This document shows, in pieces, positions 18,482 to 27,987 of a DNA stretch of 64,000 bases; positions within the stretch are counted from its first letter, which is position 1; each line of letters starts with the position of its first letter. Made by a program: the position numbers and the translations under genes. The notes beneath the pieces are model-generated. The model was not told where the DNA came from and did no database searches. It worked only from the letters and a program-made list of their open reading frames with translations. Where the stretch lies: NCBI GenBank assembly GCA_043803815.1, contig JAZDJR010000018.1:32001-96000 (forward strand). Direction: 5' to 3'. This DNA comes from Candidatus Micrarchaeota archaeon. Lineage in GTDB: Archaea > Iainarchaeota > Iainarchaeia > Iainarchaeales > JAGVWC01.

Positions 18482-19588
18482 TCATTTTTGGCTTAGGATT
18501 CGCACGGTCCCTTGATTAGCGTCCACTTCAATCAGGTTTCCTGTCTTGATGGACTTAGTGACCGATTGGGTTCCGACGACGCAGGGTTTTTTGAGTTCGC
18601 GGCAGACGATAGCGGCATGACAGGTAATGCCCCCTTCGTCGGTTACAACGGCGGCGGCTTTTCGCATCGCGGGAACAAAGTCCGGCGAGGTCATTTCTGC
18701 GACGAGTATTTCTCCCCGATTCACTTCATGAATATTTTTCTTGTATAGGACCAGCCGGGCTTTTCCTTTCACCACGCCCGGATACGCCGCCATTCCCTTC
18801 AGTTCGGTTAAGTGTAAGTCTTTTGGGGTGTCCAAAAAAAGCCCGTTTTTTTCAAGCACCGCTTTCAGTCGCGGCATTGAAAAAAGTTTTCCCCGAAAAA
18901 TTGCGCAACCGGATTTTCTTTTTGCGATGCGCTTGACTTCTTTTTTGGTCAGGTTTCTTTTTTCCAGCAAAAAAACCTCTTCGGGCAGGATAATATCAAC
19001 GAGCGCTTTGTAACACGGGTATTGTTCGCAAAAAAAATTGACAAAAACAAAATCCAATTCCTCGGTCCACCGATGGGTTTTTTGCCGCATCTTTAGCGCT
19101 TCTTCGCGTATTTTTTCCGGCACCTCTTCAAAATCGGGAATCAAAAGACTGCTGTCCATGGGGGGCCACCAATGAAGCCAGTTGTTGTAAAAGTCCTGAA
19201 ACTCTTGCGGATTTTCGATTTTTTTTTGTTTGTTAAGGTAAGGCAGCATCGGGGTCAGGTACTGGTAAAAGCGTTTTTTCACCAGTTCAAAATACGCGGG
19301 ATTGGTGCGAAGCTGGTTTTTCACCCAGCGGTAAATATCATCCAGTTCGGTTTCATTGTTCCAGTTTTCCATTTTTCTTGACTTCACATTTTTGACAATG
19401 ACAAATCGGTTGATGGTATGACCCCACAATTCGGCGATGTGCAAAAAATCGGACTTGTACCAGACAGAGCCGTAAAACAGCGAGTGCTCCCGAACGAAAT
19501 GTTTTGAAAGCGGGCTTAACGTCCACACGGGTTTTTTGCGTTGCTTACTTTTGGAAATTTTTTTGGGCGCGGCAGAAGAATTTTGCAT
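18482..19588 (-). CDS. PEP-utilising enzyme mobile (phospho-His) domain protein with an uncharacterised N-terminus
   Basis: C-terminal LKG..A.PG...G..., ILVAEMTSPD, VTDEGGITCHAAIVCRE.KKPCVVG; no ATP-grasp domain recognised. Confidence 0.8.
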   Translation of the reverse strand: MQNSSAAPKKISKSKQRKKPVWTLSPLSKHFVREHSLFYGSVWYKSDFLHIAELWGHTINRFVIVKNVKSRKMENWNNETELDDIYRWVKNQLRTNPAYFELVKKRFYQYLTPMLPYLNKQKKIENPQEFQDFYNNWLHWWPPMDSSLLIPDFEEVPEKIREEALKMRQKTHRWTEELDFVFVNFFCEQYPCYKALVDIILPEEVFLLEKRNLTKKEVKRIAKRKSGCAIFRGKLFSMPRLKAVLEKNGLFLDTPKDLHLTELKGMAAYPGVVKGKARLVLYKKNIHEVNRGEILVAEMTSPDFVPAMRKAAAVVTDEGGITCHAAIVCRELKKPCVVGTQSVTKSIKTGNLIEVDANQGTVRILSQK

Positions 19589-19605
19589 GGTGAATTGCCC
19601 GCTTT

Positions 19606-20145
19606 TCATTTGAAGTTGAAAAATTCGCGGTATTGTTTTCGAAACGGCTTGGAGTAGCGATAAAGGTAGGCGACGATTCCCAATACGCCGAGAAAAAAAA
19701 GCACGTTGAACGGCCACTCAATGACGTTGTAGCTTGCGTCCAGGTAAATGAACGTGGCCAAAACCAAAACCATCGCCAAAAAAAATTCAAGGAACAGGAG
19801 TGCGGGAATGCGCGGCTCTTTTCTGGCCAAGTGAAATTTTTCCTTGGCGGTTTTTTTGATTTGGTGGCGATGTGAAATCAGGTAAATTCCAGTAAAAAGG
19901 CCCGTGAGGAGAGAGGCAATCGCCAGCCAGAACAGATATTGGTTGTACGGAGCGGGAATGATGTTAATCGTGGGACTGACGTAAACAAAAAGCCCGATGG
20001 CAAGCACTATGGCAAGCAGGATTTCAACCAGAATCAGCCATTTTACAGCGGGTTCTTTTTTGGCGCGCTCCAGCTGGTTTTTGGGGGCCGACCAGAAATT
20101 TTGGTGTTCGCGGCGAATCGTATGGTGGATTTTTTTTAAGGGCAT
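19606..20145 (-). CDS. Membrane protein made of two tandem ~70-aa repeats
   Basis: AKKEP..WLILVEILLA...YV.P..N.I..PYN repeated as ARKEP..LLFLEFFLA...YLD...NVI..PFN. Confidence 0.7.
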   Translation of the reverse strand: MPLKKIHHTIRREHQNFWSAPKNQLERAKKEPAVKWLILVEILLAIVLAIGLFVYVSPTINIIPAPYNQYLFWLAIASLLTGLFTGIYLISHRHQIKKTAKEKFHLARKEPRIPALLFLEFFLAMVLVLATFIYLDASYNVIEWPFNVLFFLGVLGIVAYLYRYSKPFRKQYREFFNFK

Positions 20146-20183
20146 TGCTTACAAAACGCGGGAATAGAATAAAAAAATAGCGA

Positions 20184-20714
20184 TTAAGCCAAAACCAGGG
20201 TTAAAACCCCGATTAGCCATAAAACGCGGAAAACGAATACATAATCAAAGACAAGCACGATTCCCAAAAGCAAAATCAGCGGAATGAAAACAAAAGGGGT
20301 TAAAACCAGCCAGGCGAGCCTAACCCAAACGGGGTTTGGGCCTGACAGTTTTTTTCCGAAACTTGCGGCAAACGCGTTAAACGTATTTTCCGCGTCGGGC
20401 TTGGAAGGAAAGCTGAAAATCACTAGGGAAACTCCGGCCCAGGCCGCCAAAACCGCCAAAGCGGGTTCCCTGGGAAGCGCTTGGCTTGCGGCTTTGAGCA
20501 AAAAATACCCAAGAAAATTGTTAATCAAAAGCGGGGCAAGCGAAATCACGAGTCCTGAAATGGCGTGCGGCTTGTCGTGCTGGACAAACGCTTCGGTCGT
20601 GTCGAACCATCTGACCTGGTGCACTTTTACTCCCGTGACCGCGCAAGCAAGAACGTGCGACAATTCGTGCAGCACAACGCCGGGAAAAAACAAAACCGTC
20701 AAAGGAAGTTTCAT
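20184..20714 (-). CDS. Membrane zinc metallopeptidase (M50-like/DUF3267-like)
   Basis: FPGVVLHELSH (HExxH), ISLAP, FPS..D, several hydrophobic segments. Confidence 0.75.
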   Translation of the reverse strand: MKLPLTVLFFPGVVLHELSHVLACAVTGVKVHQVRWFDTTEAFVQHDKPHAISGLVISLAPLLINNFLGYFLLKAASQALPREPALAVLAAWAGVSLVIFSFPSKPDAENTFNAFAASFGKKLSGPNPVWVRLAWLVLTPFVFIPLILLLGIVLVFDYVFVFRVLWLIGVLTLVLA

Positions 20715-20742
20715 GCTTTTTGCTCATTAAATTTTATTTTTG

Positions 20743-21171
20743 TTATTCCTTGTTTTCCGTGTCAAACTGCCGGTCGATGAGTTTGGCGCGCGCTTTCATT
20801 TTTTCAAAGATGCGGTCGATGTCTTCCTCGATTTCTTCAATCGTGCGCGTCACGCTTTTGGAGCGGCTGACATAAAAACGGCCCTCATGGACGATTAAGC
20901 CGCTGCGAATCAGGTTGTTTAAGTGGTTGATGACCGAACCGCGGCTCATGTTGACGCGCTGCGCAATCGCACTGCTGGTCAATCCTTCGCCTTTTTCGGT
21001 TGCGGAAACGATTTCCTTAAAAACCGCGGAAGCGGTTTTTTCCTTGTCGATTTCCTCGAAAAAACCGAGAGACTGGCAAATCCAATCCAGTTCGTTTTCA
21101 ATGTTTGTTGAAAAAGGAGGTTCGACCCTGCGGATGACCAACCGAAAAGAAGTTCTGCGAATGGGCTCCAT
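20743..21171 (-). CDS. Winged-helix transcriptional regulator divergent from grpE
   Basis: LTSSAIAQRVNMSRGSVINHLNNLIRSGLI HTH and coiled-coil C-terminus. Confidence 0.8.
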   Translation of the reverse strand: MEPIRRTSFRLVIRRVEPPFSTNIENELDWICQSLGFFEEIDKEKTASAVFKEIVSATEKGEGLTSSAIAQRVNMSRGSVINHLNNLIRSGLIVHEGRFYVSRSKSVTRTIEEIEEDIDRIFEKMKARAKLIDRQFDTENKE

Positions 21172-21227
21172 AATCAATACCCTTGAAAATAGGTTTAAAA
21201 AAAGAACGCTTAAAAAATGTTGTAAAA

Positions 21228-21244
21228 GTCTAAATGGTTTAGAC
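21228..21244. promoter_or_regulatory. Perfect inverted repeat GTCTAAA-N3-TTTAGAC, putative operator of the grpE-dnaK promoter
   Basis: Lies between a TATA-like element (CTTAAAAA, about 21209) and the grpE ATG at 21259. Confidence 0.6.
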
Positions 21245-21258
21245 AGAATGGTTTTGGT

Positions 21259-21849
21259 ATGAGTCTCATCGAAAAGGAACCCGCCAGCACAGTAGTAGAT
21301 GGCGCTCAAAAGGAGACCAAACCCCAAAAAGCCGTTAAAAACGAGGAAAACACTGGTTTAAAACCATTGGAAAGCAACCAAAGTGTTGAAAAAAAGGTGA
21401 CTGAGTTGCAAAAACAGCTGGATGAAATGACCGAACTGGTACAGCGCAATCGGGCGGAGTTTGAAAACTTTCAAAAAAGAATGGACCGCGAAAAGCCGGT
21501 TTTGGTGGCTGGCGGCCAGTTTCAGACATTATTGGCGTTTTTGCCGGTTTTTGAGTCGTTTGAACAGGCCTTGGAAAAAGCGGGGCCTGCTGAAAAAAAA
21601 GTGCTGGAACCCGTGCAAATCCAGTTTGTAAAAACCCTGCAAAAAATGGGGGTTATGGAAATGAAGTGCGTTGGAAAGCCGTTTGACCCGCATCGGCAGG
21701 AATGCCTATTAACCGCATCGGATCCAAAGCAAGCTGAAGGCGTTGTTTTGGAAGAATTGCAGAAGGGCTTTTTTTGGAACGGCCAGGTTTTGCGCCACGC
21801 CAAAGTCAAAATTAATCATTTGGAAAAATCAAGCGCCGAGGCAGTATAA
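21259..21849 (+). CDS. grpE: Nucleotide exchange factor GrpE
   Basis: R.RAEFENFQKR, LPV...FE.A, FDPH..E, V.EELQKG....VLRHAKV. Confidence 0.92.
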   Translation: MSLIEKEPASTVVDGAQKETKPQKAVKNEENTGLKPLESNQSVEKKVTELQKQLDEMTELVQRNRAEFENFQKRMDREKPVLVAGGQFQTLLAFLPVFESFEQALEKAGPAEKKVLEPVQIQFVKTLQKMGVMEMKCVGKPFDPHRQECLLTASDPKQAEGVVLEELQKGFFWNGQVLRHAKVKINHLEKSSAEAV

Positions 21850-22154
21850 TGTTTCCACCCGACAATTTTAATTTGATTCCCGACGAGGTAACGCCCGACC
21901 CGGATGATTTTAAAAGAATATAAAACAAAAGAAATGTTTATGAAAGAACACAACATAATGGAAAACACTCAAATCACACCCGTCCAAAAAACGCAAAAAA
22001 TGGGACGGGCGACGGTTGACTTGGCCGTTCACACGATTGATTATCACCGGTCGTTTATAGCGTCATAAGTTAAAACTAAAATAAGTTAAATCCAAAAATA
22101 AATGGCAACAAAAAATTTAAATTAATAAAAAATAAATTTGAAAAAGCGGGGGAA

Positions 22155-24041
22155 ATGAACATGGCAAAAGAAAAGACGATAGGCGTAGATTTGGGAACAA
22201 GTAATTCTGCAGCATCAGTATTGGAAGCGGGGCGTTCGACCATTGTTCCAAGCGCGGAAGGAGTCACCGCGTATGGAAAAGCGTTTCCAAGCGTAGTGGC
22301 ATTTACCAAAGACGGGCAATTGCTGGTCGGCGAACCGGCCCGCCGGCAGGCGGTTAACAATCCCGACGGAACGGTTTTTGCGGCCAAGCGAAAAATGGGA
22401 ACTGATTATAAATACAAAATTATGGGAAAAGAATATACGCCGCAGCAAATCTCGGCTTTTATTCTGCAAAAAATCAAGCGCGACGCGGAAAGCTTTTTGG
22501 GCGTTCCGGTAAACAAAGCGGTCATTACCGTTCCCGCTTATTTTGACGACAACCAGCGCCAGGCCACCAAAGATGCGGGCCAAATCGCGGGCCTTGAAGT
22601 GGTGCGCATTATCAACGAGCCGACCGCGGCATCCTTGGCGTACGGCCTGGACAAGCAAACCAAAGACCACAAAATTCTGGTGTTTGATTTGGGTGGCGGA
22701 ACGCTGGATGTCACGATTATGGAATTCGGTCAGGGAGTTTTTGAGGTAAAATCCACGAGCGGAGATACGCAATTGGGCGGAACCGACATGGACAAATTAA
22801 TTCTTGACTATGTGGTCGCCGAATTCAAAAAACAGGAAGGCGTGGATTTGATGAAGGATTCGCGCGCGATTCAACGTCTCCGAGAAGCCTGCGAAAAAGC
22901 CAAAATTGAGTTATCAAGCGTACTTACGACTGAAATTAACCTGCCATATATTACCGCGGACCAAAACGGCCCAAAGCATTTGGCGGTTAATTTGACGCGC
23001 GCCAAACTCGAAGAAATCATCGGCCCATTGGTCAAGCGCTGCGAAGCGCCCGTCAACCATGCGCTTGCGGATTCAAAGCTTTCACCCGCGGACATTGACA
23101 AAATTATTCTGGTCGGCGGACCGACGCGCATGCCCGTCATTCAAAGCTTTGTTGAAAAAGTGGTGGGCAAAAAAGTCGAGCGCGGAGTCGACCCCATGGA
23201 ATGCGTAGCCATGGGCGCCGCGATTCAGGCGGGAGTTTTAGCGGGAGAAGTCAAGGATGTTTTGCTTTTGGACGTGACGCCGCTTTCTCTCGGAATAGAA
23301 ACTTTGGGCGGGGTTTTTACCAAATTAATCGAGCGCAACACGACCATTCCGACCAAAAAAAGCCAGATTTTCTCGACGGCCGCGGATAACCAGACCGCGG
23401 TTGACATTCATGTGCTGCAGGGAGAACGCCCCATGGCAGCCAGCAACAAAACCCTTGGAAGATTCCAATTGGTCGGAATTTTGCCCGCGCCGCGCGGAGT
23501 TCCGCAGGTGGAAGTGTCCTTTGATTTGGACGCGAACGGAATCGTCCACGTGGCAGCCAAGGATTTGGGTACCGGAAAAGAACAATCCATCAGAATTGTG
23601 GCTTCTCAAAAATTATCCGAAGACGAAATCGAGCGCATGAAAAAAGAAGCCGAAGCCCACGCGGAGGAGGACAAAAAATTCCGCGAAAAAACCGAAATTT
23701 TGAACACGGCGGACGCAACGACTTACGCGACCGACCAGATGCTGTCCGAAATGAAGGAAAAAATGAGCGGTCAAGAACTCGAGCAAATCAAAAAACAAAA
23801 CGACGAATTAAAGGAACTGCTCAAAACCGAACCCAAAGATGCGGACAAAATCAAATCAAAGCTGGATGAATTAAACCAAGTCGTGCAAAAAGCGGCCACC
23901 GAAGTATACAAAAAAGCAGGGGCAAGCGGCGGCAAGGGAGCGGGCGGTTCGAGTTCCGGTGCGAACCAATCCGGTTCGCGTTCGGATAATAAACCAGATG
24001 ACGATAACGTGGTAGACGCGGATTATAAGGTGGAAAAATAG
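22155..24041 (+). CDS. dnaK: Chaperone DnaK (Hsp70)
   Basis: [50 protein letters not shown]. Confidence 0.98.
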   Translation: MNMAKEKTIGVDLGTSNSAASVLEAGRSTIVPSAEGVTAYGKAFPSVVAFTKDGQLLVGEPARRQAVNNPDGTVFAAKRKMGTDYKYKIMGKEYTPQQISAFILQKIKRDAESFLGVPVNKAVITVPAYFDDNQRQATKDAGQIAGLEVVRIINEPTAASLAYGLDKQTKDHKILVFDLGGGTLDVTIMEFGQGVFEVKSTSGDTQLGGTDMDKLILDYVVAEFKKQEGVDLMKDSRAIQRLREACEKAKIELSSVLTTEINLPYITADQNGPKHLAVNLTRAKLEEIIGPLVKRCEAPVNHALADSKLSPADIDKIILVGGPTRMPVIQSFVEKVVGKKVERGVDPMECVAMGAAIQAGVLAGEVKDVLLLDVTPLSLGIETLGGVFTKLIERNTTIPTKKSQIFSTAADNQTAVDIHVLQGERPMAASNKTLGRFQLVGILPAPRGVPQVEVSFDLDANGIVHVAAKDLGTGKEQSIRIVASQKLSEDEIERMKKEAEAHAEEDKKFREKTEILNTADATTYATDQMLSEMKEKMSGQELEQIKKQNDELKELLKTEPKDADKIKSKLDELNQVVQKAATEVYKKAGASGGKGAGGSSSGANQSGSRSDNKPDDDNVVDADYKVEK

Positions 24042-24081
24042 CGTCGCAAGCGTTAAATCCAAGTAATTTCGTATTAAATTT

Positions 24082-24762
24082 ATGCCGCCAAAATCTGCTA
24101 CGCACGTTTGGAAGTCAGTTGCTGACGTGAAACGGGTTTGGTTTGTTCGCAAACAGGGCAAAGAAGTTACGTTAAATCAAGGCGGAGAAGCCCGAATCAT
24201 TTTGGGAAGGGTGCTGTTTAAAGACGGCAAAAGGCACCCTATCGCCATTAAATATTTTCACACCCCGATAAAAGATTCGGTCGCAGAAAGGTATACTGAG
24301 GTTATAGAAAAATTGCGCGCGGCCAAGGTGCGAACGGCAAAAATGGCAATGATGAAAATTCCAACCGAACGCTCGCCCAATGGCGAGTGGGTTCAAATAT
24401 CCGAAGCGTTCGGTTCTAATTTTAATAAAATAAAACTAAATCCCGCATTATGGGGCGATCTTCAAACTATTCAACAAAAAACAGCCGCCATGACAGAACT
24501 GTGTAAGATAGCAAAAGCCGGATTGTATCCCGCAATCGATGCGATTGAAGGAATCCAAGGTAAAAACGAAGCAATAGTTGTCGATATAGGGAGTTTAATT
24601 AAATTGCGAACACCCGCAAGATGCGCTCAAGGGCTGTTTTTTGCGATTTCAATGATGACCGCAGACATTCACGAGCGCAGCCAATTAATTCAATATGTAA
24701 GCCAGTCCATTAGAACTAATCCGGAATTATTTGAACCATGGAAAACATTAATAGCAAAATAG
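24082..24762 (+). CDS. Orphan degenerate protein-kinase-like fold protein between dnaK and dnaJ
   Basis: Gly loop QGGEA, IAIKYF (VAIK-like), VVDIG (DFG-like), no HxD..N loop; AT-rich codon usage unlike neighbours. Confidence 0.55.
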   Translation: MPPKSATHVWKSVADVKRVWFVRKQGKEVTLNQGGEARIILGRVLFKDGKRHPIAIKYFHTPIKDSVAERYTEVIEKLRAAKVRTAKMAMMKIPTERSPNGEWVQISEAFGSNFNKIKLNPALWGDLQTIQQKTAAMTELCKIAKAGLYPAIDAIEGIQGKNEAIVVDIGSLIKLRTPARCAQGLFFAISMMTADIHERSQLIQYVSQSIRTNPELFEPWKTLIAK

Positions 24763-24777
24763 TGAAGTGAATATCAC

Positions 24778-25929
24778 ATGTCTGAAAAACGCGATTATTA
24801 CGACGTGCTGGGCCTTTCCAAGAGCGCTGGCGCGGATGACGTGAAGTCGGCGTATAAACGTTTGGCCAAAGAATATCATCCCGATGTTTCCAAAGACCCG
24901 AAAGCCAAGGAAAAGTTCCAGGAAGTTTTGGAAGCGTATTCGGTTTTAAGCGACGGCCAAAAACGGCAGAATTACGACCAGTTCGGACATGCGGCGGAAG
25001 GATTCTCGGGTTATTCAGGCGGCGGATTCGGGGGATTTGGCGGAGCGGGAATGGATTTTGATTTTTCGGAATTGTTTGAAAACTTCGGCGGCTTTGAAGG
25101 GTTCGGTTCTTTTGCGGATATTTTTGGCGGCCAAAGCCGGCGTTCCCGCGGTTCCGCGGCGGGAGAAAACCTGCGGGTGGACTTAATGATAAGTTTGCGC
25201 GACGCCGCTAGCGGCGCTTCAAAAGAAATTGAAGTGCACAGAACCGAAAAATGCGAATCGTGCAGCGGAAGCGGTTCGGAACAAGGAAGTTCCCGCGAAA
25301 CCTGTTCCACGTGCCGCGGGCACGGAGTGGTGCAAAACAGCCAGCGCACGCCGTTCGGGATTTTCAGCGTTCAAACCACCTGTCCCAAGTGCAAAGGACA
25401 AGGAACAGTCATCAAAAACCCGTGCAAGATTTGCAAGGGAAAAGGAATTCAAAAAAATTCGCGCAAAATCGAGGTCCGGATTCCCGCGGGAATCGAAACC
25501 GGAATGCACCTGCGCTTGAACGAGGAAGGAAATGCAAGCTCAAGCGGCGGAAAAAACGGGGACTTGTTTGTGGTTGTTTTTGTGGAAACCGACGAAGTGT
25601 TCAAGCGCGACGGAGTGGACTTATTCGTCGAATCGGCGTTGTCGTTTGCGGAAGCCGCTTTGGGAACCAACCTGCGTGTCCCGACTTTGAACGGCCATGC
25701 GTCCGTAAAAATTCCGGCTGGAACGCAAACCGGAACGATTTTTCGCTTAAAAGGCGAAGGCGTCAAGGACCTGAAAACCGGGCGCAAAGGCGACGAGTTT
25801 GTCAAAGTCATGGTCGTGACGCCGTCCAAATTGTCCAAAGAAGAGCGGGAGCTGTTTGAAAAACTCGGCAAAAACGGGGTTGCCCAAAAACGCGAAGGGA
25901 TTTTTGACAAGCTGAAAAAAGGGCTGTGA
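24778..25929 (+). CDS. dnaJ: Chaperone DnaJ
   Basis: J-domain HPD, G/F-rich region, four CxxCxGxG motifs. Confidence 0.97.
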   Translation: MSEKRDYYDVLGLSKSAGADDVKSAYKRLAKEYHPDVSKDPKAKEKFQEVLEAYSVLSDGQKRQNYDQFGHAAEGFSGYSGGGFGGFGGAGMDFDFSELFENFGGFEGFGSFADIFGGQSRRSRGSAAGENLRVDLMISLRDAASGASKEIEVHRTEKCESCSGSGSEQGSSRETCSTCRGHGVVQNSQRTPFGIFSVQTTCPKCKGQGTVIKNPCKICKGKGIQKNSRKIEVRIPAGIETGMHLRLNEEGNASSSGGKNGDLFVVVFVETDEVFKRDGVDLFVESALSFAEAALGTNLRVPTLNGHASVKIPAGTQTGTIFRLKGEGVKDLKTGRKGDEFVKVMVVTPSKLSKEERELFEKLGKNGVAQKREGIFDKLKKGL

Positions 25930-25983
25930 TTTGGAATGAAATTTTTGTAAGCCGCCGAAAAATGTGCCAGTCGGTAAATCGAT

Positions 25984-26454
25984 TCAGTTTTTTTGCAGTT
26001 CGTCCAGTATGAACCGAATCAGGTCGGTTGTAATGTAAAGCGTGGAATGAGTTTTGAGTTTTTGGACATATTCAACGGTTTGTTTTTTTGAAAATATTTT
26101 TTTTTTGTATGCTTTGAGTAAAATTCCAACGGTTCCGTGAGGCTCCAAATCGAATTGTTCGGCAGTAGTGCGCGCATCCAAGTCGTCCGTCAAAAAAAGC
26201 GGGATTTTTTCGGTTTTGGCGAGCGCGATGCATTCGCTTTCCCCAAGGCCCAGTGCAAACTCGTTTTGAAGAATTTGCACCAAATCGGTTTCAAAACCGG
26301 ATTTAATTTTTACAAAATTGGGAATCTGCCGAACTTCTTCTTGGACCGCGGGCGGGCTGACGCAATCAAAAATAGAAAGTGCGGCTACAGCCCCGATTTC
26401 GTTAAGGTGAATCAACGGCCCCGAGTCCACGACGGCTTTTATCTTAGGCCCCAT
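25984..26454 (-). CDS. PIN-domain toxin (VapC/DUF3368-like)
   Basis: AVVDSGPLIHL, LGLGESECIALA, FLTDDLDAR, HGTVGIL. Confidence 0.85.
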   Translation of the reverse strand: MGPKIKAVVDSGPLIHLNEIGAVAALSIFDCVSPPAVQEEVRQIPNFVKIKSGFETDLVQILQNEFALGLGESECIALAKTEKIPLFLTDDLDARTTAEQFDLEPHGTVGILLKAYKKKIFSKKQTVEYVQKLKTHSTLYITTDLIRFILDELQKN

Positions 26455-26624
26455 GCAACATCCTCTTTAATGGCCGCGGCCAGCCGTTCGGATTTCATTT
26501 TTCGAACCAGTTCGCGCACGCCGTCGCGGATGACTTCGCTTCGGTTGGCATACCATCCGCTTTCAATCAACTCATCGATTTCTTGCACGAGTTTAGGCGT
26601 TATTTTAGCGGGAATCGTATCCAT
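26439..26624 (-). CDS. Ribbon-helix-helix (CopG/ParD-like) antitoxin
   Basis: IDELIESGWYANRSEVIRDGVRELV; overlaps the PIN gene. Confidence 0.85.
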   Translation of the reverse strand: MDTIPAKITPKLVQEIDELIESGWYANRSEVIRDGVRELVRKMKSERLAAAIKEDVAWGLR

Positions 26625-26639
26625 CGGTTCACCTCATAA

Positions 26640-26657
26640 GTATCACCAGGGTAATAC
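26640..26657. promoter_or_regulatory. Imperfect palindrome GTATCACC-AG-GGTAATAC, likely RHH autoregulatory operator
   Basis: 7/8 arm match directly upstream of the antitoxin SD and start. Confidence 0.5.
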
Positions 26658-26780
26658 TATAAAAGAATATCGAATGGCAACACTTCGGCAGGCCAAAACG
26701 CGGCAGCCTCTTTGACAAATTAAAAAAAGGGTTTAACCGAAAAAACCTTTAAATAAACGATTTTCCTTTGTTTTGCGGTT

Positions 26781-27335
26781 ATGAAAGCCGTTTTCGGTCT
26801 GGTTTTAGTGCTTATTTTATTGACGGCGGGCTGCGTCCAAAGCGGCGGTTTTTCGGGAAATTACCGGGAGTTCAAGGCCGCGTTGGAGCGCAACGGGACA
26901 AACGAAACCGTTTTATTGCCCCCTACTTTGGAACAACTGCGCGGCCTTCAAATCGAATTATTCGGATTGCAATCCGCGGTTGAACAGCAGGCAAGCGGAC
27001 AGGACAAGGAAGCCTCTTTGGCTTTGCTTGATTTGGAAGGCGATTTGGTGAACATGCAGGAAAATTATTTTTTGGGAACCGAACAGACCCAGTTTGTCAA
27101 TTACGCTTTTTTGTCATGCGACTCCAAAAGCAACATTAAGCGCGCCACGGCATTTTTTGACAAGGCCGGGCAGCGGGCGGATTTGGCGGCCAAAAAAAGC
27201 GGCGCATTTGCGATTAATTACAAAAATTTTGCGGACCAGACTCCGATTGATTTTTCCAATCTTTCGGCTTTGGTCAACCGGTCCAAAGCCCTGTTTTCAA
27301 ACCTGAAAGGCCAGGCGCAAAAGTTTTGCCAGTAG
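26781..27335 (+). CDS. Hypothetical lipoprotein
   Basis: Signal peptide with lipobox LTAGC; helical body. Confidence 0.65.
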   Translation: MKAVFGLVLVLILLTAGCVQSGGFSGNYREFKAALERNGTNETVLLPPTLEQLRGLQIELFGLQSAVEQQASGQDKEASLALLDLEGDLVNMQENYFLGTEQTQFVNYAFLSCDSKSNIKRATAFFDKAGQRADLAAKKSGAFAINYKNFADQTPIDFSNLSALVNRSKALFSNLKGQAQKFCQ

Positions 27336-27342
27336 GGAAAAA

Positions 27343-27966
27343 ATGAAAGACGAATTGCTTTTCTTTGGTGCGGAAGCCGAAATTCACCAAACTGTTTTTT
27401 TAGGCTTGCCGGCGGCTTACAAAAAGCGCATTTTGAAAAATTACCGCGAAAAAAAACTGGACGACAAAATCCGGTTTCAGCGGATGCAAACCGAAGTGAA
27501 TCTGCTGCATAAAGCCAAAGCCGCGGGGGTGCGAACCCCGGTTGTATATGGGGTTGACAAAAAAAACGCGGGTTTTTGGATGGAATTTTTGGCAGGAAAG
27601 CGGCTCAAAGACGAACTAAATAAAAAAAAGCCGAGATTAAGCGGCTTTGCGTTGTGTTCACGAGCCGGTGAAATGATTGCGTTTTTGCATCAGAAAGGCT
27701 TGGTTCATGGGGATTTGACCACCAGCAATTTTATGGCAAGCCAAAACGAACTGGTTTTGTTCGATTTTGGATTGGGTTTTTTTTCGGAAAAAACCGAGGA
27801 TTTGGCAACCGACCTTTTGAACCTAAAAAAAACGTTTGGCGCCACGCACCCCGACCGCGAAAAAGAGTGGGAAAAACTGCTGGATTCCTACCAAAAAAAT
27901 TTTGTTTCGGGAAAAAAAGTCGTCGGACAACTGGCCAAAATCGAAAGCCGCGGCCGCTATTACTGA
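27343..27966 (+). CDS. bud32: KEOPS kinase Bud32
   Basis: GAEA, KKR..K.YR..LD, GV.TP, VHGDLTTSN, FDFGL, ED.A.DL, C-terminal RGRY. Confidence 0.94.
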   Translation: MKDELLFFGAEAEIHQTVFLGLPAAYKKRILKNYREKKLDDKIRFQRMQTEVNLLHKAKAAGVRTPVVYGVDKKNAGFWMEFLAGKRLKDELNKKKPRLSGFALCSRAGEMIAFLHQKGLVHGDLTTSNFMASQNELVLFDFGLGFFSEKTEDLATDLLNLKKTFGATHPDREKEWEKLLDSYQKNFVSGKKVVGQLAKIESRGRYY

Positions 27967-27987
27967 TTTGTTCGGTTTTGGTTTTTT

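Noticed and set aside
21172-22154. CIRCE element
   Set aside because: TTAGCACTC-N9-GAGTGCTAA is absent, and no hrcA is present in the window.
24035-24762. AAAATAG at the ends of both dnaK and the inserted ORF as a target-site duplication
   Set aside because: Only 7 nt, and explained by a Lys codon plus stop codon in an A-rich genome.
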